Made by a program: the position numbers and the translations under genes
Shown here: piece after piece, positions 15,001-27,850 of the stretch
How positions within the stretch are numbered: the first letter of the stretch is position 1
How the letters are laid out: each line of letters opens with the position of its first letter
Assembly (NCBI GenBank): GCA_964016885.1
Contig: OZ024740.1
Span: forward strand, 439,332,001-439,396,000
Reading direction: 5' to 3'
DNA: 64,000 nt
DNA from: Eledone cirrhosa
Lineage: Eukaryota
Notes under the pieces: generated by a model
The model's input: the letters and a program-made list of their open reading frames with translations, nothing else
Told to the model about the DNA's origin: nothing
Databases searched by the model: none

Positions 15001-18000
15001 CTGAGACACACTCACACCAGCCACGGCTAAGAAACCACATCTAGCCACCTTAGACACACTGACCCCAGCCACGGCTAAGAAACCACATCTAGCCATCTGA
15101 GACACACTGACCCCAGCCACGGCTAAGAAACCACATCTAGACATCTGAGACAGACTCACCCCAGCCACAGCGAAGAAACCACATCTAGACATCTGAGACA
15201 CACTGACCCCAGCCACGGCTAAGAAACCACATCTAGCCATCTGAGACACACTGACCCCAGCCACGGCTAAGAAACCACATCTAGCCATCTTAGACACACT
15301 TACCCCAGCCACAGCTAAGAAACCACATCAAGCCATCTTAGACACACTCACACCAGCCACGGCTAAGAAACCACATCTAGCCATCTTAGACACACTCACA
15401 CCAGCCACAGCTAAGAAACCACATCTACCCATCTTAGACACCCTCAACCCAGCCACGGCTAAGAAACCACATCTACCCATCTTAGACACCCTCAACCCAG
15501 CCACAGCTAAGACACCACATCTACCCATCTTAGACACCCTCAACCCAGCCACGGCTAAGAAACCACATCTAGCCATCTGAGACACACTGACCCCAGCCAC
15601 GGCTAAGAAACCACATCTAGCCATCTGAGACACACTGACCCCAGCCACGGCTAAGAAACCACATCTAGCCATCTGAGACACACTCACCCCAGCCACGGCT
15701 AAGAAACCACATCTAGCCATCTGAGACACACTCACCCCAGCCACAGCTAAGAAACCACATCTACCCATCTTAGACACCCTCAACCCAGCCACAGCTAAGA
15801 AACCACATCTACCCATCTTAGACACACTCACCCCAGCCACAGCTAAGAAACCACATCTATCCATCTTAGACACACTCACACCAGCCACGGCTAAGAAACC
15901 ACATCTAGCCATCTTAGACACACTCACCCCAGCCACGGCTAAGAAACCACATCTAGCCATCATCTTAGACGCACTCACCCCAGCCACGGCTAAGAAACCA
16001 CATCTATCCATCTTAGACACACACACCCCAGTCACAGCTAAGAAACCACATCTATCCATCTTAGACACACTCACCCCAGCCACGGCTAAGAAACCACATC
16101 TAGCTATCTGAGACACACACACCCCAGCCACGGCGAAGAAACCACATCTAGCCATCTTAGACACACTCACCCCAGACACGGCTAAGAAACCACATCTAGC
16201 CATCTTAGACACACTCACCCCAGCCACGGCGAAGAAACCACATCTAGCCATCTTAGATACACTCACCCCAGCCACGGCGAAGAAACCACATCTAGCCATC
16301 TTAGACACACTCACCCCAGACACGGCTAAGAAACCACATCTAGCCATCTTAGACACACTCACCCCAGCCACGGCGAAGAAACCACATCTAGCCATCTTAG
16401 ATACACTCACCCCAGCCACGGCGAAGAAACCACATCTAGCCATCTTAGATACACTCACACCAGCCACGGCTAAGAAACCACATCTAGCCATCTGAGACAC
16501 ACTGACCCCAGCCACGGTTAAGAAACCACATCTAGCCATCTGAGACACACTGACCCCAGCCACGGCTAAGAAACCACATCTAGCCATCTGAGACACACTC
16601 ACCCCAGCCACGGCGAAGAAACCACATCTAGCCATCTTAGACACACTCACCCCAGACACGGCTAAGAAACCACATCTAGCCATCTTAGACACACTCACCC
16701 CAGCCACGGCGAAGAAACCACATCTAGCCATCTTAGATACACTCACCCCAGCCACGGCGAAGAAACCACATCTAGCCATCTTAGACACACTCACCCCAGA
16801 CACGGCTAAGAAACCACATCTAGCCATCTTAGACACACTCACCCCAGCCACGGCGAAGAAACCACATCTAGCCATCTTAGATACACTCACCCCAGCCACG
16901 GCGAAGAAACCACATCTAGCCATCTTAGATACACTCACACCAGCCACGGCTAAGAAACCACATCTAGCCATCTGAGACACACTGACCCCAGCCACGGTTA
17001 AGAAACCACATCTAGCCATCTGAGACACACTGACCCCAGCCACGGCTAAGAAACCACATCTAGCCATCTGAGACACACTCACCCCAGCCACGGCTAAGAA
17101 ACCACATCTAGCCATCTTAGACACCCTCAACCAAGCCACGGCTAAGAAACCACATCTACCCATCTTAGACACCCTCAACCCAGCCACGGCTAAGAAACCA
17201 CATCTACCCATCTTAGACACCCTCAACCCAGCCACAGCTAAGAAACCACATCTAGCCATCTTAGACACACTCACACCAGCCACGGCTAAGAAACCACATC
17301 TAGCCATCTTAGACACACTCACCCCAGCCACGGCTAAGAAACCACATCTAGCCATCTGAGACACACTGACCCCAGCCACGGCGAAGAAACCACATCTAGC
17401 CATCTGAGACACACTGACCCCAGCCACGGCTAAGAAACCACATCTAGCCATCTGAGACACACTCACCCCAGCCACGGCGAAGAAACCACATCTAGCCATC
17501 TTAGACACACTCACCCCAGTCACGGCTAAGAAACCACATCTAGCCATCTTAGACACACTCACCCCAGCCACGGCGAAGAAACCACATCTAGCCATCTGAG
17601 ACACACTCACCCCAGCCACGGCGAAGAAACCACATCTAGCCATCTTAGACACACTCACCCCAGTCACGGCTAAGAAACCACATCTAGCCATCTTAGACAC
17701 ACTCACCCCAGCCACGGCTAAGAAACCACATCTAGACATCTTAGACACACTCACCCCAGTCACGGCTAAGAAACCACATCTAGCCATCTTAGACACACTC
17801 ACCCCAGCCACGGCTAAGAAACCACATCTAGACATCTTAGACACACTCACCCCAGTCACGGCTAAGAAACCACATCTACCCATCTTAGACACACTCACCC
17901 CAGCCACGGCTAAGAAACCACATCTAGACATCTTAGACACACTCACCCCAGCCACGGCGAAGAAACCACATCTAGACATCTGAGACAGACTCACCCCAGC

Positions 18001-21000
18001 CACAGCGAAGAAACCACATCTAGCCATCTGAGACACACTCACCCCAGCCACGGCGAAGAAACCACATCTAGCCATCTGAGACACACTCACCCCAGCCACG
18101 GCTAAGAAACCACATCTAGCCATCTGAGACACACTGACCCCAGCCAAGGCTAAGAAACCACATCTAGCCATCTTAGACACACTCACCCCAGCCACGGCTA
18201 AGAAACCACATCTAGCCATCTTAGACACACTCACCCCAGCCACGGCTAAGAAACCACATCTAGCCATCTGAGACACACTCACCCCAGCCACGGCTAAGAA
18301 ACCACATCTAGCCATCTGAGACACACTCACCCCAGCCACGGCTAAGAAACCACATCTAGCCATCTTAGACACACTCACCCCAGCCACGGCGAAGAAACCA
18401 CATCTAGACATCTTAGACACACTCACCCCAGCCACGGCGAAGAAACCACATCTAGCCATCTGAGACACACTGACCCCAGCCAAGGCTAAGAAACCACATC
18501 TAGCCATCTGAGACACACTCACACCAGCCACGGCTAAGAGACCACATCTAGCCACCTTAGACACACTGACCCCAGCCACGGCTAAGAAACCACATCTAGC
18601 CATCTGAGACAAACTGACCCCAGCCACGGCTAAGAAACCACATCTAGACATCTGAGACAGACTCACCCCAGCCACAGCGAAGAAACCACATCTAGACATC
18701 TGAGACACACTGACCCCAGCCACGGCTAAGAAACCACATCTAGCCATCTGAGACACACTGACCCCAGCCACGGCTAAGAAACCACATCTAGCCATCTTAG
18801 ACACACTTACCCCAGCCACAGCTAAGAAACCACATCAAGCCATCTTAGACACACTCACACCAGCCACGGCTAAGAAACCACATCTAGCCATCTTAGACAC
18901 ACTCACCCCAGCCACAGCTAAGAAACCACATCTACCCATCTTAGACACCCTCAACCCAGCCACGGCTAAGAAACCACATCTACCCATCTTAGACACCCTC
19001 AACCCAGCCACAGCTAAGAAACCACATCTACCCATCTTAGACACCCTCAACCCAGCCACGGCTAAGAAACCACATCTAGCCATCTGAGACACACTGACCC
19101 CAGCCACGGCTAAGAAACCACATCTAGCCATCTGAGACACACTGACCCCAGCCACGGCTAAGAAACCACATCTAGCCATCTGAGACACACTCACCCCAGC
19201 CACGGCTAAGAAACCACATCTAGCCATCTGAGACACACTCACCCCAGCCACAGCTAAGAATCCACATCTACCCATCTTAGACACCCTCAACCCAGCCACA
19301 GCTAAGAAACCACATCTACCCATCTTAGACACACTCACCCCAGCCACAGCTAAGAAACCACATCTATCCATCTTAGACACACTCACACCAGCCACGGCTA
19401 AGAAACCACATCTAGCCATCTTAGACACACTCACCCCAGCCACGGCTAAGAAACCACATCTAGCCATCATCTTAGACGCACTCACCCCAGCCACGGCTAA
19501 GAAACCACATCTATCCATCTTAGACACACACACCCCAGTCACAGCTAAGAAACCACATCTATCCATCTTAGACACACTCACCCCAGCCACGGCTAAGAAA
19601 CCACATCTATCCATCTTAGACACACACACCCCAGTCACAGCTAAGAAACCACATCTATCCATCTTAGACACACACACCCCAGCCACAGCTAAGAAACCAC
19701 ATCAAGCCATCTTAGACACACTCACACCAGCCACGGCTAAGAAACCACATCTATTCATCTTAGACACACTCACCCCAGCCACAGCTAAGAAACCACATCT
19801 AGCCATCTTAGCTACCCTCAACCCAGCCACGGCTAAGAAACCACATCTAGCCATCTGAGACACACTGACCCCAGCCACGGCTAAGAAACCACATCTAGCT
19901 ATCTGAGACACACTCACCCCAGCCCCGGCGAAGAAACCACATCTAGCCATCTGAGACACACTGACCCCAGCCACGGCTAAGAAACCACATCTAGCCATCT
20001 TAGACACACTCACCCCAGCCACAGCTAAGAAACCACATCTACCCATCTTAGACACCCTCAAACCAGCCACGGCTAAGAAACCACATCTAGCCATCTGAGA
20101 CACACTGACCCCAGCCACGGCTAAGAAACCACATCTAGCCATCTGAGACACACTCACCCCAGCCACGGCTAAGAAACCACATCTACCCATCTTAGACACC
20201 CTCACCCCAGCCACGGCTAAGAAACCACATCTACCCATCTTAGACACCCTCAACCCAGCCACGGCTAAGAAACCACATCTAGCCATCTGAGACACACTGA
20301 CCCCAGCCACGGCTAAGAAACCACATCTAGCCATCTTAGACACCCTCAACCCAGCCACGGCTAAGAAACCACATCTACCCATCTGAGACACACTCACCCC
20401 AGACACGGCTAAGAAACCACATCTAGCCATCTTAGACACACTCACCCCAGCCACGGTGAAGAAACCACATCTAGCCATCTTAGATACACTCACCCCAGCC
20501 ACGGCGAAGAAACCACATCTATCCATCTTAGACACACTCACCCCAGACACGGCTAAGAAACCACATCTAGCCATCTTAGACACACTCACCCCAGCCACGG
20601 CAAAGAAACCACATCTAGCCATCTTAGACTTACTCACCCCAGACACGGCTAAGAAACCACATCTAGCCATCTTAGACACACTCACCCCAGCCACGGCAAA
20701 GAAACCACATCTAGACATCTTAGACACACTCACCCCAGCCACGGCGAAGAAACCACATCTAGACATCTGAGACAGACTCACCCCAGCCACAGCGAAGAAA
20801 ACCACATCTAGCCATCTGAGACACACTCACCCCAGCCACGGCGAAGAAACCACATCTAGCCATCTGAGACACACTCACCCCAGCCACGGCTAAGAAACCA
20901 CATCTAGCCATCTGAGACACACTGACCCCAGCCAAGGCTAAGAAACCACATCTAGCCATCTTAGACACACTCACCCCAGCCACGGCTAAGAAACCACATC

Positions 21001-24000
21001 TAGCCATCTTAGACACACTCACCCCAGCCACGGCTAAGAAACCACATCTAGCCATCTGAGACACACTCACCCCAGCCACGGCTAAGAAACCACATCTAGC
21101 CATCTGAGACACACTCACCCCAGCCACGGCTAAGAAACCACATCTAGCCATCTTAGACACACTCACCCCAGCCACGGCGAAGAAACCACATCTAGACATC
21201 TTAGACACACTCACCCCAGCCACGGCGAAGAAACCACATCTAGCCATCTGAGACACACTGACCCCAGCCAAGGCTAAGAAACCACATCTAGCCATCTGAG
21301 ACACACTCACACCAGCCACGGCTAAGAAACCACATCTAGCCACCTTAGACACACTGACCCCAGCCACGGCTAAGAAACCACATCTAGCCATCTGAGACAC
21401 ACTGACCCCAGCCACGGCTAAGAAACCACATCTAGACATCTGAGACAGACTCACCCCAGCCACAGCGAAGAAACCACATCTAGACATCTGAGACACACTG
21501 ACCCCAGCCACGGCTAAGAAACCACATCTAGCCATCTGAGACACACTGACCCCAGCCACGGCTAAGAAACCACATCTAGCCATCTTAGACACACTTACCC
21601 CAGCCACAGCTAAGAAACCACATCAAGCCATCTTAGACACACTCACACCAGCCACGGCTAAGAAACCACATCTAGCCATCTTAGACACACTCACACCAGC
21701 CACAGCTAAGAAACCACATCTACCCATCTTAGACACACTCACACCAGCCACAGCTAAGAAACCACATCTACCCATCTTAGACACCCTCAACCCAGCCACG
21801 GCTAAGAAACCACATCTACCCATCTTAGACACCCTCAACCCAGCTACAGCTAAGAAACCACATCTACCCATCTTAGACACCCTCAACCCAGCCACGGCTA
21901 AGAAACCACATCTAGCCATCTGAGACACACTGACCCCAACCACGGCTAAGAAACCACATCTAGCCATCTGAGACACACTGACCCCAGCCACAGCGAAGAA
22001 ACCACATCTAGACATCTGAGACACACTGACCCCAGCCACGGCTAAGAAACCACATCTAGCCATCTGAGACACACTGACCCCAGCCACGGCTAAGAAACCA
22101 CATCTAGCCATCTTAGACACACTTACCCCAGCCACAGCTAAGAAACCACATCAAGCCATCTTAGACACACTCACACCAGCCACGGCTAAGAAACCACATC
22201 TAGCCATCTTAGACACACTCACACCAGCCACAGCTAAGAAACCACATCTACCCATCTTAGACACCCTCAACCCAGCCACGGCTAAGAAACCACATCTACC
22301 CATCTTAGACACCCTCAACCCAGCCACAGCTAAGAAACCACATCTACCCATCTTAGACACCCTCAACCCAGCCACGGCTAAGAAACCACATCTAGCCATC
22401 TGAGACACACTGACTCCAACCACGGCTAAGAAACCACATCTAGCCATCTGAGACACACTGACCCCAGCCACGGCTAAGAAACCACATCTAGCCATCTGAG
22501 ACACACTCACCCCAGCCACGGCTAAGAAACCACATCTAGCCATCTGAGACACACTCACCCCAGCCACAGCTAAGAAACCACATCTACCCATCTTAGACAC
22601 CCTCAACCCAGCCACAGCTAAGAAACCACATCTACCCATCTTAGACACACTCACCCCAGCCACGGCTAAGAAACCACATCTAGCCATCATCTTAGACGCA
22701 CTCACCCCAGCCACGGCTAAGAAACCACATCTATCCATCTTAGACACACACACCCCAGTCACAGCTAAGAAACCACATCTATCCATCTTAGACACACTCA
22801 CCCCAGCCACGGCTAAGAAACCACATCTATCCATCTTAGACACACACACCCCAGTCACAGCTAAGAAACCACATCTATCCATCTTAGACACACTGACCCC
22901 AGCCACAGCTAAGAAACCACATCAAGCCATCTTAGACACACTCACACCAGCCACGGCTAAGAAACCACATCTATTCATCTTAGACACACTCACCCCAGCC
23001 ACAGCTAAGAAACCACATCTAGCCATCTTAGCTACCCTCAACCCAGCCACGGCTAAGAAACCACATCTAGCCATCTGAGACACACTGACCCCAGCCACGG
23101 CTAAGAAACCACATCTAGCTATCTGAGACACACTCACCCCAGCCCCGGCGAAGAAACCACATCTAGCCATCTGAGACACACTGACCCCAGCCACGGCTAA
23201 GAAACCACATCTAGCCATCTTAGACACACTCACCCCAGCCACAGCTAAGAAACCACATCTACCCATCTTAGACACCCTCAAACCAGCCACGGCTAAGAAA
23301 CCACATCTAGCCATCTGAGACACACTGACCCCAGCCACGGCTAAGAAACCACATCTAGCCATCTGAGACACACTCACCCCAGCCACGGCTAAGAAACCAC
23401 ATCTACCCATCTTAGACACCCTCACCCCAGCCACGGCTAAGAAACCACATCTACCCATCTTAGACACCCTCAACCCAGCCACGGCTAAGAAACCACATCT
23501 AGCCATCTGAGACACACTGAACCCAGCCACGGCTAAGAAACCACATCTAGCCATCTTAGACACCCTCAACCCAGCCACGGCTAAGAAACCACATCTACCC
23601 ATCTTAGACACCCTCAACCCAGCCACGGCTAAGAAACCACATCTAGCCATCTGAGACACACTCACCCCAGCCACGGCGAAGAAACCACATCTAGCCATCT
23701 TAGACACACTCACCCCAGTCACGGCTAAGAAACCACATCTAGCCATCTGAGACACACTCACCCCAGCCACGGCGAAGAAACCACATCTAGCCATCTGAGA
23801 CACACTCACCCCAGACACGGCTAAGAAACCACATCTAGCCATCTTAGACACACTCACCCCAGCCACGGCGAAGAAACCACATCTAGCCATCTTAGATACA
23901 CTCACCCCAGCCACGGCGAAGAAACCACATCTAGCCATCTTAGACACACTCACCCCAGACACGGCTAAGAAACCACATCTAGCCATCTTAGACACACTCA

Positions 24001-26210
24001 CCCCAGCCACGGCAAAGAAACCACATCTAGCCATCTTAGACTTACTCACCCCAGACACGGCTAAGAAACCACATCTAGCCATCTTAGACACACTCACCCC
24101 AGCCACGGCAAAGAAACCACATCTAGCCATCTTAGATACACTCACACCAGTCACGGCTAAGAAACCACATCTAGCCATCTTAGATACACTCACCCCAGCA
24201 ACGGCGAAGAAACCACATCTAGACATCTTAGACACACTCACCCCAGCCACGGCGAAGAAACCACATCTAGCCATCTTAGACACACTCACCCCAGCCACGG
24301 CGAAGAAACCACATCTAGCCATCTTAGACACACTCACCCCAGCCACGGCGAAGAAACCACATCTAGCCATCTTAGATACACTCACACCATTCACGGCTAA
24401 GAAACCACATCTAGCCATCTGAGACACACTCACCCCAGCCACGGCTAAGAAACTACATCTACCCATCTTAGATACACTCACCCCAGTCACGGCTAAGAAA
24501 CCACATCTAGACATCTTAGACACACTCACCCCTGCCACGGCTAAGAAACCACATCTACCCATCTTAGACACACTCACCCCAGCCACACTAAGAAACCACA
24601 TCTAGCCATCTTAGACACACTTACCCCAGCCACGGCTAAGAAACTACATCTACCCATCTTAGACACACTCACCCCAGCCGCGGCTAAGAAACTACATCTA
24701 CCCATCTTAGACACACTCAGCCCAGCCACGGCTAAGAAACCACATCTACCCATCTTAGACACACTCACCCCAGCCGCGGCTAAGAAACTACATTTACCCA
24801 TCTTAGACACACTCAGCCCAGCCACGGCTAAGAAACCACATCTACCCATCTGAGACACACTCAGCCCAGCCACGGCTAAGAAACCACATCTACCCATCTT
24901 AGACACACTCACCCCAGCCGCGGCTAAGAAACCACATCTAGCCATCTGAGACACACTCACCCCAGCCACGGCTAAGAAACCACATCTACCCATCTGAGAC
25001 ACACTCAGCCCAGCCACGGCTAAGAAACTACATCTAGCCATCTGAGACACACTCACCCCAGCCACGGCTAAGAAACCACATCTACCCATCTTAGACAGAC
25101 TCACCCCAGCCGCGGCTAAGAAACCACATCTAGCCATCTGAGACACACTCACCCCAGCCACGGCTAAGAAACCACATCTACCCATCTGAGACACACTCAG
25201 CCCAGCCACGGCTAAGAAACCACATCTAGCCATCTGAGACACACTCACCCCAGCCACGGCTAAGAAACCACATCTACCCATCTTAGACAGACTCACCCCA
25301 GCCGCGGCTAAGAAACCACATCTACCCATCTGAGAGACACTCAGCCCAGCCACGGCTAAGAAACCACATCTACCCATCTGAGACACACTCACCCCAGCCA
25401 CGGCTAAGAAACCACATCTACCCATCTTAGACAGACTCACCCCAGCCGCGGCTAAGAAACCACATCTAGCCATCTGAGACACCCTCACCCCAGCCACGGC
25501 TAAGAAACCACATCTACCCATCTGAGACACACTCACCCCAGCCACGGCTAAGAAACCACATCTACCCATCTTAGACAGACTCACCCCAGCCGCGGCTAAG
25601 AAACCACATCTAGCCATCTGAGACACCCTCACCCCAGCCACGGCTAAGAAACCACATCTAGCCATCTGAGACACACTCAGCCCAGCCACGGCTAAGAAAC
25701 CACATCTAGCCATCTGAGACACCCTCACCCCAGCCACGGCTAAGAAACCACATCTACCCATCTGAGACACACTCACCCCAGCCACGGCTAAGAAACAACA
25801 TCTAGCCATCTGAGACACACTCAACCCAGCCACGGTTAAGAAACCACATCTACTCATCTGAGACACACTCACCCCAGCCACGGCTAAGAAACCACATCTA
25901 CCCATCTTAGACACACTCACCCCAGCCACGGCTAAGAAACAACATCTAGCCATCTGAGACACACTCAACCCAGCTACGGTTAAGAAACCACAACTAGCCA
26001 TCTGAGACACAATCACCCCAGCCACGGCTAAGAAACCACTTCTAGCCATCTGAGACACACTCACCCCAGCCACGGCTAAGAAACCACATCTAGCCATCTG
26101 AGACACTCTCACCCCAGCCACGGCTAAGAAACCACATCTAGCCATCTGAGTCACACTCACCCCAGCCACGGCTAAGAAACTACATCTATCCATCTTAGAC
26201 ACACTCACCC
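1..26210. repeat. 48-bp tandem satellite array, ~545 units, running off the left edge of the window
   Basis: Uninterrupted tandem copies of CTAGCCATCTTAGACACACTCACCCCAGCCACGGCTAAGAAACCACAT with a small set of recurrent variants, occasional 3-bp insertions (ATCATC) and rare 1-bp indels (~5790, ~13753, ~20800, ~24587). It ends abruptly at ...ACACTCACCC|CATGATAGG. Confidence 0.99.
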
Positions 26211-26404
26211 CATGATAGGTTTCTAGCAAGCTTATTTATTAGGCTAGCAGGTTGCGTCTGCCAATGTCATCAATGAAAACTCGAAGATGTAACTAGCTTG
26301 GTGTCGCTGTCGGCTTCTTCACCCCCCCCCCCTCCAATGAAAGCAGGGTCTATTACGTTGCTTGTTACAAGTAGCATAGTGAACTGACACATAATACATA
26401 CATA

Positions 26405-26614
26405 CATCTAATAACTCCATATACACATGTACAGATACAAAGCATATACACATGCACACATACAACTCAAAACATCCATATCTACACATGCATGCATGCA
26501 TACATATCTACCTAGTTGATGTTGTCTAAATTGCAATGAGAGAGTTTTGTGTCTGTTAGAAACCGACCCTCTCTCTATTGGGAAAAAAATTGTGAAATTA
26601 TAAAACCAGAAGAA
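26405..26614 (+). mobile_element. Severely 5'-truncated RLE-type (Dong/R4-like) LINE: stop codon region plus 3' UTR (copy 1)
   Basis: Homologous to 27494-27703, which directly follows an RLE-like ORF end. It ends in AAAACCAGAAGAA then (CATA)n, and is preceded by TACATACATA. Confidence 0.65.
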
Positions 26615-26665
26615 CATACATACATACATACATACATACATACATACATACATACATACATACAT
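26615..26665. repeat. (TACA)n microsatellite between two oppositely oriented retroelements
   Basis: Pure CATA repeats seen directly. Confidence 0.97.
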
Positions 26666-27163
26666 GGTGGCTGCCAACTCGTTTTCGTGTACGGCCACTA
26701 CTTTATATCCATGTAGGAGAACCCCTACTGATGCGCTGAACGAGTGTGACTTTAGTCCAGCCAGCGACTTGAAAACTCTGGTACAAACACTACATCTTCA
26801 GATATAAAGCAATGCCTGCGCCGTGAAGCTTTTATAGTGAGCAAAGTCACTACACAAAGCCAGTCCCACTCTCTTAACCAAGATGATATTTACCAAAAAG
26901 AAGAACAAGTCAACATCATTGGATACCATCAGGGTTGCAGGTGTTATATCAGAGTTTTCCTTCTCCTAGAATTCTGCCTTGACAAAGGTTAAGGGGTCAT
27001 CTCTCCCGGTGATTTTGGATGGCCATTGACTCTTAAGAGCTCCTTTGCCCTTTGACAGGTTTTGTTTTTTTGTCCTGCAGGATGTCCAAAGTCACCCTCC
27101 TCACCAAGAAACCTTGGTGGGGTTGCCAGTTTAGTCGCCAACGACCCGACCATGAGACAGGTT
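26666..27163 (-). mobile_element. Non-autonomous RTE-derived element (copy 1; 5'-truncated, with an internal deletion of ~60 bp)
   Basis: Near-identical to 27851-28448. It carries the minus-strand RTE 5'UTR-like motif TCTAGGAGAAGGAAAACTCTGA and a 3' hairpin CACGAAAACGAG before the (TGTA)n tail. Confidence 0.7.
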
Positions 27164-27208
27164 ATATTTGTATGTATATATGTATGTACATACTACATAT
27201 ATACATAC

Positions 27209-27703
27209 ATAGTGGAAATTAGCTGCCCAGCAGATGCCAATATAATATCAAAGATTAGCGAAAAGGAGAATATTTATGCAGAACCGATGAAATCTGCAGA
27301 TACTCCACCCTGATTATACCTTCAGATTTATGCTTGTGATTATTGGGGCACTGGGGTATGTTAGTAACTGCCTCAATACAAATCTTGAGAAGCTGGGCTT
27401 CACAGGAACAGAAAGAACACAACTAGTTAGGAAATTACAAGTACAATCCATCAATGGAACAGTAACAATATGGAAAACATTCCAAAAATGTTGCATCTAA
27501 TAACTGCATATACACGTGTACAGATACAACTCAAAACATCCACATCCACACATACAATAACATCCATATCTACATATGCATGCATGCATACATAATCTAC
27601 CTATTTGATGTTGTGTAAATTCCAACGAGACAGTTTTGTGTCTGTTAGAAACCGACCCTCTCTCTATTGGGAAAACATTTCTGAAATTATAAAACCAGAA
27701 GAA
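27209..27703 (+). mobile_element. 5'-truncated RLE-type non-LTR retrotransposon (Dong/R4-like): end of restriction-like endonuclease domain plus 3' UTR (copy 2)
   Basis: Translation with one frameshift near 27290 gives IVEISCPADANIISKISEKENIYAEPM / NLQILHPDYTFRFMLVIIGALGYVSNCLNTNLEKLGFTGTERTQLVRKLQVQSINGTVTIWKTFQKCCI* (stop 27498-27500). This matches the E-x-S-C-P...K..K..Y...IIGALG pattern of RLE C-termini. Flanked by TACA repeats on both sides. Confidence 0.75.
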
Positions 27704-27850
27704 CATACATATATACATACATACATACATACATACATACATACATACATACATACACACACATACACACACATACATACATACATACATACATACATAC
27801 ATACATACACACATACATACATACATACATACATACATACATACATACAT
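27704..27850. repeat. (TACA)n/(CA)n microsatellite
   Basis: Seen directly. Confidence 0.97.

Noticed and set aside
20456-20770. Plus-strand (LAILDTLTPATAKKPH)n frame with in-frame TGA, considered as selenoprotein/readthrough
   Set aside because: TGA alternates with TTA (Leu), not Cys. No SECIS was recognised, and the frame is also broken by indels.
1-26210. Telomeric repeat (C-rich plus strand)
   Set aside because: There are no (CCCTAA)n tracts; strand skew alone does not establish a telomeric position.
1260-26229. Long minus-strand ORFs (up to 1163 aa) as annotated genes
   Set aside because: They are translations of a 48-bp repeat lacking stops. Boundaries are set by recurrent satellite variants, with no unique domains or evident codon-position bias. 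Kept only as a low-probability finding.
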